Below are positions 57,001 through 64,000 of a DNA stretch of 64,000 nucleotides, piece after piece. Position 1 is the stretch's first letter. Every line of letters starts with the position of its first letter. The notes under the pieces were generated by a model that was not told the DNA's origin, ran no database searches, and was given only the letters and a program-made list of their open reading frames with translations. The stretch lies in the NCBI GenBank assembly GCA_964482475.1, contig CAYZXR010000001.1, positions 37,997-101,996 of the forward strand, read 5' to 3'. The position numbers and the translations under genes were made by a program. Origin of the DNA: an uncultured Planctomycetia bacterium. GTDB lineage: Bacteria > Omnitrophota > Gorgyraeia > Tantalellales > Tantalellaceae.

Positions 57001-60000
57001 CTTTCTGTAAGATTATATGTATACCTACCTATCCTGGCCACATCACCTTCGTCCCCATAATAAACTCGCGGATATGCTGTCTTTCTCTCGGTAAATATAA
57101 ATCTACCATCTTCAGCCTTGCTAATAGCGTAATCGACTCCGTCTATTTCTACCCGATTATTTTCGGAGAAAACACGGCTTCTTTCTTCAATGGTAAAAAT
57201 ACCGTTTTCGTCTTTTGACGCATCAAAAAGGATGTTACCGATCAACAATACATGCTCGCCGTTACTATTTATATAACTATTGACAACATCCCCTGCCGCT
57301 GTCTTCAGGGAATATGTCTCCGCACCTCTTTGAGTTAATGCATATTCCACTCCTTTTATCTCTATCCTGTTACCTTCAGCCTTTTGAACATTCGGCTCGG
57401 TAAGCGCAAGGAATCCCGAATCTTGATCCACATCAATGTTATACAAATAACCATCGCTTAACCTTACCGTCTGACAAACAAAATCACTTTCAAACTCATT
57501 TTGATCATCGCTGAATACATACGTACCTCTGTTGTAATCAAACTCAACTGTATACTCTTTTCCATATACCAAGATTGACGGCAAGCTTGACACCATGCTA
57601 CTTTTCGCATGTACTTGATCGAGAGCAACCTTGTCAGTTAATGGATATTTTGAAACATTAAATGATTTCCCTTCCAAAAATACTATATTCCCCTGAAATA
57701 GACTTGATGCAACTATCTTCCCATCATCAAAAAGACATGTGCCATCTTCTAGTGTTTCTACAACATAAATTTTCCCATCCAACAGAACCGCTTCTTCGTC
57801 AAGCACCGAGGCTTCGCTAACAGTCTCATAAAGCGAAATGTTCCCATCTGTATCCTGCAAGACATTGTATTTTATTCCAGAAACTTCGATCGTGTTCCCA
57901 TCAGATGAACTGGTAGCAATTACAGAGTTACCAACCTTCAGTGTTCGAATGCCTTCCTGCGACTCAACAACATCATATACAAGACTTCCGATCTGCAACC
58001 TTTGAAGCGCGACATTTTCAATATTATCCGAAGTTAGTATGCTAGCGGAAGCCACACTAACCATAGGTTCAACCATTGATAAGCTAAGAATACCCTCACT
58101 CACAAAAGCCTGATACTTTAATCCTTCAAGATCGGCAAGATCACCCTGCGCAAGTGTGAATTCCTCGATCCCTCTCGCGACTGTAAAGCTTCCATCTTCA
58201 TTGCTTGCAACTTCGTACTCTCCTCCAGCCAGGCTAATAACCTGATCAGCTACATGCTCACTTGTGTAAACTATTCCCATAGCCTCCGGAACAACAGCAA
58301 GCAGAACAACATCACCAGTAGCGTCATTTGTAGTCACAACATATTTTCTCTCCAAGAAACTCACAACTTCTCTCGCCTGATCATCTATTTCACAAGAAAT
58401 GATTTTAGCCCCATCATCAAAGTTATGTGTTCCATCCGTATTTTTTGTTACCTGTAACTTCAGTGACGGAGTTGTCTCGCCTTGGTATCTTTGTACTAGT
58501 ATTATCACTTCATCCGCAAGAACTGACGATGTTACCGGCTGCACAATCAACGAGATATCCCCTGTAACTTCATCGGCAATACCTATATCATAGCTAATAC
58601 CCTCTATGACTATTTTTCCGCCCAAATCATCACTAAGATACCCACTCAATCCGTTGCTTAAGACATATCTTCCTTCGGTGTCTGTACTAACAGTATAATT
58701 CATACCGTCGATTGAAAGTACTTGGCTAGCAACCTGATATAGATCACCTGATCCACCCTGCAAAGTGATCTCATTATTAGCTACATCAACTACAATATCA
58801 TAGACAACATCTTCTAATTCTATCTTATCTGTAGCAGCATTAGAATAGATCACATTCCCTTGATGTTCAAAGGCATATGTCTTAGCTCTATCGTTATACG
58901 TAACCGCGTATGTCCTACTTCCTACTCTGATGACCTGATCCGCCAGAATTGAGCTAACCTCAGGAACTTTTACGACAAAAAGCTCCGATGTTATCCCATC
59001 CCTGCTAACAACATATTCCGCACCATTAATGTTAATAAAGTTCTCACCCGATTGAGCCGAGAATTGATCTTCGCCGTTATATAACATATATCCTTGAGTC
59101 CCGGCATCATAAGAAATTGTATAGAAGCTGCCCTCGATCTTCACGACATCGTCAGTAACAGGCAACCCCGTCAAATGCTTTTCTATCAAGTTTACTTCAC
59201 CTGTTACATTGTCCACTTCGACACTGAATTCACTTCCGTTAATAACTACTGATCTTTCTTCACCTTGTGCGTCATAACTATTCACACCGTCTGCTATGCT
59301 ATAGGTTTCGTCAAATGTTATGTCTGATTTCCTTCTCTCATTCGGACTAACTGCCAAAGCGATATACTCTATTATGTCGTCCATACGAGACAAGTCTTCT
59401 TCATCGATACGATTGTCGCCTGTAAGATCAGCTACACTTAACGCGTTAAGGAAATAGTCCCTATCAGATAATCCGCTGGCGATGTTATAATCCAGCTTAC
59501 CGTTATTGTTGTAATCCATTTCATATCTATAGGTAGTGCTATATCCGGATGTTTCTTTAACCTGATTCATAAGCTTTTTACTGACATAGTAATAAGCTAC
59601 ATCTTTTACACGTTCGACATCTGAGAAATCCACCTGGTTAACCGGTTCTAATTCCCCCTGTCCGTTATCGTATTCATTAATGAAACTGTATATTTCATCA
59701 AGATCAGCATTATCAACGATCCCGTCACCATTAATATCCGCCAATACGTCATACTGGCCGATATAGTTTTCCACATAAACAATATCATCCTCTCCGACTA
59801 CATCAAGCCCAAACATGCTGTATTTATCTATTTTAGCCTCTAGCGCATCTACGTCGTCCAGCCAAATAACCCCATCCCCATTAACATCTACCGTCGCCAG
59901 ATTAAATTCGGTCTTATTAACAAAAACTTCGCGGACTTGCACACTATGATCAATGCCAATATTCGTAAACTTGAATTCAATATCATGTTCCCCTTTACTC

Positions 60001-63000
60001 AAGTCCAACCTAACACTTCCTTCAACATATTTGGCGTCATTGCTTCCGTCTAATTTAATCGTGTTTCTATACATCCCGTCTATATAAACCTCTACTTCAT
60101 ATCGGAACCCGAGAGGAAGATCAGCCCCTGAATATTTGCGTGCTGAAATACCTACATAATAACTTGCGGAATTTTCAATATCATACGCATAAGTTAAAAC
60201 GGCATCTTTGGTTGAAGAATACATACTGTCGTATTCAGCGGTGAATTGGGCTAAAGTCTGTACGCTGGACGCATCCTTTCTCCCCTCTAAAATGCTACCT
60301 TCCGGCCAAAGTGGGTCATCAACTTTACTCCCCGGCCATATCAACTCATAGGCTTTCTCAACAAACTCTACGTCTACTTCGTTCACTAATCCTTCATCGA
60401 CCTGACCATCATCACTTAAGTCATTTAAATTATAATTATCATAGTTCCTATAACTGTTCATGATTATCGCATAGTCTTCTTGATCTACCAGGCCATTACC
60501 ATTCAGATCGGCATCTTTAAATGTCTCTTGCAAATTCCAGTCATATTCATCAAAAACTCCGTCGCCATTTCTATCTCCAAAAGCACCTGTTTCGACCAGG
60601 TTATCGTAATAGGCGATAATCCCCTGCATCTTGTACATGTTCTCGAGCCACGCAGCATCCGTGTCATCGATAACACCGTCCGCGTTCAGATCATACAAAT
60701 ACACCAATGAATCCAGAGCTTCCTGCAACTCTTCGATATCTTCCGTATCAATGTAACCGTTGTTCCTATAACCTTCTTCATCGTCCCACTTACTGTTTTC
60801 TCGCAAATCAAACTCAATAGCTTTATTCTGAAGGTAATTATCTCTTGAGATCACAACCACTTGAGCCAGAGCCTCTTCATCAGAATACTCAACGCCATCT
60901 ATCTCAACATGAAAAGTCATGTCGTGATACAAAAGCGTGTCTCTCATAGTCTGGACATCCTTCGCGTTCACTATGCCATTTTCATCATGATCGGCTCGAT
61001 TTACCAATACCTGCTTATCAATATTCGTCTGTATAACTTCCGCGTCAGACACGTTAATATATCCATCGCCATCAACATCCACCATACTGGTTTGTTTTAT
61101 TGTTATCTGACCATCGCCGATACTGTAAACCTTAAATAGGTTTTCACCTATCTCTATCAGGTCAGAACCTTCAATGCTCACATAAACATCTTCATTATCT
61201 GCTTTGTTAACAAAAGTCCAGGTGTCATCCTCAAAAGTTATATCAAATTGTCCCACAAGAGCAATCTCGATCACGCCTTCCGCGCTTGTATACTCTTTCG
61301 GCTGTTTAAAAATTCGTATACCTTTAGTAATAGTGTCCTGTTCTACTTCGTATGTAATACCATCAATAACAACTTCATTTGATATTACTTCCACAGTAAC
61401 CCCGTTATCGCCTAACAAGGTCCATGTTTCATCTCCATGAGCTGTTACGTTATAACTAACTCCTTCAAGCTCTATGATCTGGTTATAAACTGTCTCACTG
61501 CCATCAGGACGAACACTTAGGAAAATGTGATTTGAATCCGCGCTAAGCTTGTTTATGGTATACGTTGTATTATTAATTCCAACTTCCTTGCCACCATCAA
61601 CAGAGACAATTCCGTCTCCAAAAATATATTCACTACCGTTAAATGTAATGTCATATACAACATCCTGTAGCTCTATTGCCATCCCTTCGGTTTCAACACT
61701 CGAAGATGGAGGAAGGGCGAGCGAGATATCACCTGTTATGATATCTCTATCAACATTATATTGAACACCTGCCAGTGTTATCGAGTCCGTCGCGCCTTCA
61801 GCTACTAAAGACCCGGAAACCAAATCGGTAAAACTGTAAACTCCTGTTGCGGTTTCGGAGACATTATAAACAACCCCAAGCTCGCCGCCTACTCTGATCT
61901 GGCTGTTACCCAAGACTTCTGTCGCACCGGAAATGTCTCTATCCATATTGATAACGCCGGCAGTTTCACTGATAACATATGGCTTATTACCCAAAATAAC
62001 GTTATTGCCAATACTGTTGATCTGGGCTATATTGCCTAAAATATCCGTAAAAATATAATTTTCACCCTCTTTTGTGACGGTATAAACAATATCCTCAAAC
62101 TCTACTTGATTTGCCAACTCTTGTGAGCTGACCACTTTTTCAGCTATCAATGTAATGCTGTCCTCTACCGGATAATCTTCTACCACGCGATAAGATACCT
62201 GTCCCAGAACAACATCTCCGTCCGAGCTTAACACGTCCTCCGCAGTGTCAAAAAGATTAACAAATCTGTATTCGTCACCAACAACTGATATTTCGTAAAC
62301 ACTTCCCGCTACCTTCATAATATTTTGAGACACAGCCATACTCGTTTGCCCCATCTCTGTAAGCACAAGGCCATCCTGTTTCTCTGTTACTAGATATCGA
62401 CTGTCATTTATGGATACTTCACTATTCACGTCAGTTTGCGTGGAATTATTTTCATTTGTTGTTTCGGTAAATGTGAAAATGCCTGATTTTTTTGAAATTG
62501 AGTATACTTTGTCTCCGATAGAAATTAGATATCCAGGAATCTCAAAACCCCGTGATAATTTTTCCTTAAGAACAATATTGCCTTGAGGGTCAACTACCTG
62601 AATATCGTAAATAACATCATCTATAGAAACGGTACCTGTATTAACATCGCTATCATATGTAACCTGACTATCGGCGGTAGATTCAAATGTATAAATTCCA
62701 TCCTGCAAATTTACCGTGTACAACACATCGTTTAAATACATTGAGTTGGATTCTTCCGGTAAATCGGATACAATATTAGCTTTTTCGGCGATAGAAATGT
62801 TATTTTGATCGTCTTTAACAACGTTATAAGTTCTGCCATCAAATACAAATTGATTTTCGCTAACCGCTATCTTATCAAAAGAGTCCTCTATGCTTGTTAA
62901 CTCAAACTCTCCGTCACCCACCTGTCTTATATCGTATATCGTACCATTAAAATTCACCATCGGACGCTCTCTTTCCACTCCGACTTTAAACATCGGGGTG

Positions 63001-64000
63001 AAAATCATCTCGCTGTCTGAATAGGTAAGTCTATATTCGTTCGATCCGATAATAACCTCAGATCCGGAATTCGTCGTATCAATAAGAACTGCTGCGTTAA
63101 ATACATCTACCAGCTTATATTCTGATCCATTTTGAAGAACATCATATACTTTGTCGCCGGCAAAAATGAATTGTTTATCATCATCAACACTATCGCTTAT
63201 CATCGCTATTTTCGTTAAAGTTATTTGTCCAAAAGAGGGATAATCTTCTGTTATGCTATATTTGCGGCCATCTATGTAAACTTCATTTCTCGCCTCGTTA
63301 CTGTTCCATATATCAGCCCCATCCTGAACATTAACAAATTGATACTTCCCGTCAACTACACTAAACTCATACAAAGAAACCTCATCGCTGGATCCAACAA
63401 TGCTTACATTGCCACTTTCACTAACAATTCGCTCTTTAGCATATATGTCCCTGTCTGCCTGATCGATCACACCATTAATATCTAGATCGGCCCGTATGTC
63501 GTAGACCTGATCTTCTATAACTAAGTTGCCCAACAAACAATTCGTTCCTTCTTTCCACCTTATACGTATTGTATGATCACCGGATGCCAGCTCCTGCCCC
63601 ATTAACTGGCCTATATTAAACCGTCTTGCGTCTTCAACAATTGAGAATTCTCCAACCGGCTCATCCATGCTATCAATGAAAACTTCAAAAATATGGATGC
63701 CATACTCATTCCCCTGACCTCTTGTTTCAAAACCTATGTCATATAAGCCCTGACCGTCAAGATTAACCTGGTAATCAATGTAATAATCCGTGTCATTATC
63801 GTATGTGGCGCTGATCGATAGATTATCCCCAGATCCAACCACGGTAAACCCCTGAATATTCGTATTTTGATCTACACCTACAACCACAGGGCCAACTGAC
63901 CCAAACGCGTCATTTATTATCTGATCATCTAACATATCTATAGAGTTACTACCGTCTAAGTCTGAAAAAGCGTCCTCACTAATAGTTACAATACCAGCAC
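1..64000 (-). CDS. Internal part of a single giant multidomain protein gene, partial at both ends (no start or stop in the window). Likely a secreted or cell-surface calcium-binding fibre, adhesin or scaffold protein.
   Basis: Hand translation of the minus strand at about 25 sampled points is stop-free and protein-like in one constant frame. Examples with 3'-end coordinates: 1–59 gives FFEEIMNQNSDYFEYGAAG; 841–899 gives HDKDLMYAEVGRRILEEIAG; 17,400–17,459 gives DLINEVFTLENADLAEQVAR; 25,317 gives LQESIGSLTSYDINTDGMVD; 63,900–63,998 gives AGIVTISEDAFSDLDGSNSIDMLDDQIINDAFG. The ORF track has no ORF in this frame, 13 short ORFs in one alternate minus frame and 1 in the other, and only ORFs of 210 aa or less on the + strand. 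Confidence 0.85.
2880..2940 (-). other. Isolated dockerin-like calcium-binding loop.
   Basis: Verified translation: PKVDINGDGVINSNDADIDG. Confidence 0.55.
4680..4760 (-). other. Thrombospondin-type-3-like aspartate-rich calcium-binding motif, copy 1. It is homologous to the copy at 15,960–16,090.
   Basis: Verified translation: TDRNNNGEWDDGEWYVDSNN. Compare T-D-T-N-S-N-G-Q-W-D-V-G-E-D-Y-V-D-S-N-N in copy 2. Confidence 0.55.
5750..6720 (-). other. Module A, about 320 aa. YD-repeat-containing domain, paralogue of module B, lying immediately C-terminal to the Ala/Glu linker.
   Basis: Verified at 6,481–6,540: DHLYDYYDMDGNKVAYYDAS, two consecutive Y-D-x-x-G-N motifs typical of Rhs/YD repeats. Nucleotide co-linearity with module B. 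Confidence 0.6.
6780..7400 (-). repeat. Ala/Glu-rich low-complexity linker of about 200 aa with imperfect GCN/GAA repeats. Probably a rigid helical or extended spacer.
   Basis: Verified translation of 7,200–7,260: EAVEEEAAVEAAAAVAAREAA. Verified at 7,380–7,400: AVAAAAA. The antisense strand carries (gct/gca)n, giving the spurious poly-Ala and poly-Leu + strand ORFs at 6,565–7,197 and 6,689–7,147 and the Ser/Arg-rich minus off-frame ORF at 6,721–7,413. Confidence 0.8.
7440..8410 (-). other. Module B, about 320 aa. A YD-repeat-containing (Rhs-type YD motif) domain followed by an acidic Tyr-rich stretch at about 7,590–7,680. It is a paralogue of module A.
   Basis: Nucleotide co-linearity with 5,750–6,720 at a constant offset of 1,691 nt, for example 'ccaataagatgt[ct]c tccatg[ct]tt[tc]ccatgaaac' at 7,919 and 6,228. 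Verified translation of 7,590–7,680: QEYDEEYEEYYEDYEE. The C-terminal end reads SFDLDGNLIVCGPAV, verified at 7,401–7,439. Confidence 0.6.
8440..8860 (-). repeat. Tandem array of a 15-nt, in-frame pentapeptide repeat D-G-Y-D-x, about 27 copies. The fifth position varies (I/P/S/N/A/V/T).
   Basis: Antisense repeat 'gtaaccatcaatgtc' with slight variants. Verified translation of 8,460–8,520: DGYDPDGYDIDGYDIDGYDN. The track ORF at 8,402–8,854 (MVTIL...) is the off-frame reading of the same repeat. Confidence 0.8.
8860..10450 (-). other. Beta-rich region between the helical region and the pentapeptide array. Part of it is probably a third, diverged copy of the YD-type module.
   Basis: Antisense similarity of 8,880–8,990 to module A and module B ('...ttcattcataaaaacagtagtaccttcgctatt' versus '...ttcattcaatgtcgtaacacttccattagg'). 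At 10,441–10,500 the frame reads QSKALNCSGIISGMTESDIL. Confidence 0.35.
15960..16090 (-). other. Thrombospondin-type-3-like aspartate-rich calcium-binding motif, copy 2.
   Basis: Verified at 16,021–16,080: PESYTDTNSNGQWDVGEDYV. Downstream the protein continues with D-S-N-N-D-G and more Asp-rich residues. Confidence 0.5.
19560..19900 (-). other. Dockerin-like pair of calcium-binding loops inserted in the helical region.
   Basis: Antisense 'atacatcagacgcgttaacaataccgtcatcgtttacatc' reads DVNDDGIVNASDV. Antisense 'gtactattgacaacaccatcattatttatatccac' reads VDINNDGVVNST. Confidence 0.55.
20640..21600 (-). other. Papain-like cysteine peptidase domain resembling peptidase family C39 (the bacteriocin-processing, double-glycine peptidase fold), embedded in the helical region.
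   Basis: Verified translation: ...TGGITTIASWLTNQGLQIINCASYVLGDYFNVDADKEEML... with Gln-x(3–6)-Cys, the Cys at about 20,937. About 87 aa further C-terminal: ...VKNNGRDHFVSIENIDDGEVAYESNGYSYVMTVDNFEQI..., with the His at about 20,676. This matches the C39 layout of Q...C, about 70–90 aa, then H-F-V-[VI], then a D/N-rich strand and an ...F..I. tail. Confidence 0.45.
25100..29760 (-). repeat. Dockerin-like calcium-binding repeat array A, about 1,500 aa. Short beta-hairpin repeats are interspersed in its lower-coordinate third, about 27,300–28,700.
   Basis: Verified loops: 25,261–25,320 gives YDINTDGMVD; 27,001–27,060 gives YSKADINSDGVVDETDWTS; 27,181–27,300 gives PDINEDGVIDDLDAVALSQ; 29,641–29,760 gives KKADLNKDGILNKNDIELFEEISGNYKDVNGD. 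Interspersed beta repeat, verified at 27,301–27,420: YDGVLDVQGVEYSYKMNDDGTCTFIDADGNLYISDTETG. Confidence 0.65.
29760..32750 (-). other. Beta-rich block between dockerin-like array A and the triplicated module.
   Basis: Composition and periodicity as in the other beta blocks. No calcium-loop motifs were seen. This region was not translated. Confidence 0.35.
32750..35200 (-). repeat. Three tandem copies of an 804–810 nt (about 268 aa) beta-sandwich-like module. Copies 2 and 3 are about 85–90% identical at the nucleotide level and copy 1 is more diverged.
   Basis: Direct nucleotide comparison: 33,433 'tggaacatatctaggtctgcttcattaac...' matches 34,237 'tggaacatatctaggtctgcttcattgac...'. The antisense ORFs in the track at 33,382–33,627 and 34,225–34,422 are near-identical. 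A more diverged copy lies at about 32,900. Verified protein fragments from the copy at 33,590–34,395: KSDLNNDSVVNEADLDMFHMQYMDTSALEKV and SEYDEVTISFDYYFLDSWDG. Confidence 0.7.
35200..49650 (-). repeat. Long beta-repeat block of about 4,800 aa made of short periodic units roughly 35–60 aa long. The recurring signature is hydrophobic-x-G-x-x-Y ... DDGT-x-x-F-x-D-x-D-G-N-x-Y ... T-G-x-[IV]-x-L-[VIE]. It contains near-identical 180-nt tandem units at about 36,480–36,900.
   Basis: Verified translation of 36,480–36,780: TYVFIGETKYQIEKVAATGEVILAEAPILSTVNDTQAVKVGNKVYDIAEDGGELGFTNGDVSYTSVNASEVVIEGTKYLIDQVAETGEVILAEAPVISTI, with the repeat unit visible twice. 38,401–38,460 gives FYSVTVDEDDSEHRYKIND. 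Confidence 0.5.
49650..56450 (-). repeat. Dockerin-like calcium-binding repeat array B, about 2,200 aa. This is the largest array in the window.
   Basis: Verified loops at both borders and inside the array. 49,681–49,740 gives INKDGKVSEGDLDSVKQTMD. About 52,000 gives ADRDGDGEIS. About 53,400 gives TIGRADINGDG. 56,221–56,280 gives LKNADLTGDGII. About 56,400 gives FNLYDLDGDG. Confidence 0.65.
56450..59300 (-). other. Beta-rich repeat block between dockerin-like arrays B and C.
   Basis: Composition and periodicity match the beta-repeat block at 35,200–49,650 (Y/D/T/V/I/G/N-rich, roughly 35–60 aa periodic units). No D-x-D-x-D-G loops were seen. This region was not translated. Confidence 0.4.
59300..61100 (-). 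repeat. Dockerin-like (EF-hand-type, Ca-binding) repeat array C, about 600 aa.
   Basis: Verified loops: 59,401–59,460 gives SVADLTGDNRIDE; 61,021–61,080 gives DVDGDGYINVSDAEVIQTNI. Between them are many antisense 'gtcaccatt/atcaccgtt...gatatc' units, which read as D-x-N-x-D-G on the minus strand. Confidence 0.6.
61100..64000 (-). other. Beta-rich repeat block (N-terminal-most part visible), with at least one isolated dockerin-like calcium-binding loop at about 63,900–63,960.
   Basis: Verified translation contains SDLDGSNSIDMLDD. The surrounding sequence is rich in Y/D/T/V/I/N/G, with the periodic short repeats typical of beta-strand modules. Confidence 0.5.

Noticed and set aside
1-64000. 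An interpretation as several co-directional genes or an operon on the minus strand.
   Set aside because: Codon phase is identical at every sampled point, and the ORF track contains no complete ORF of 60 aa or more in that frame. This is incompatible with internal stop and start boundaries.
1-64000. All remaining + strand ORFs in the track, each 210 aa or shorter, for example 23,146–23,721, 25,042–25,581 and 28,116–28,676.
   Set aside because: They are antisense to dense coding sequence and give low-complexity translations such as S/I/L-rich runs. They have no independent support.
1-64000. rRNA, tRNA or ncRNA genes, insertion sequences, promoters and terminators.
   Set aside because: None can be supported. 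The window is wall-to-wall coding sequence in one frame, with no intergenic space.
1-64000. Stop-codon reassignment or an alternative genetic code as the explanation for the long open frame.
   Set aside because: It is not needed. The five off-frames contain TAA, TAG and TGA at normal density, and the main frame simply lacks them.

Overview
The whole 64 kb window appears to lie inside one uninterrupted reading frame on the minus strand, in which + strand triplets start at positions ≡0 mod 3. I translated 60–180 nt samples at about 25 points spread from 1–60 to 63,961–64,000. All were stop-free and protein-like in that same frame. The supplied ORF track lists no ORF at all in that frame. The other two minus frames and all three + frames contain only short ORFs, which is the pattern expected for a coding frame's alternates and its antisense strand. 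Neither a start nor a stop codon of the gene is inside the window, so the gene is longer than 64 kb (more than about 21,300 codons) and belongs with the giant bacterial genes. The N-terminal direction is toward 64,000 and the C-terminal direction toward 1. By eye the DNA is AT-rich. Reading N to C (high to low coordinates), the visible architecture alternates five kinds of region. (i) Beta-rich blocks of short periodic repeats. (ii) Three very large arrays of dockerin-like, EF-hand-type calcium-binding repeats with the D-x-[DN]-x-D-G-x-[IV]-[ND]-x-x-D loop, dozens of copies in total. (iii) Three tandem copies of a roughly 268-aa beta-sandwich-like module. (iv) A continuous alpha-helical stretch of about 4,800 aa, which contains a papain-like domain resembling peptidase C39, an internal dockerin-like pair and a thrombospondin-type-3-like motif. 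(v) A C-terminal-side unit made of a 15-nt DGYD-x pentapeptide repeat, a YD-repeat module, an Ala/Glu-rich linker and a second copy of the YD-repeat module. No RNA genes, mobile elements or CRISPR arrays were found. I read the sequence by hand, so single-base positions and domain borders are approximate, roughly ±100 nt.
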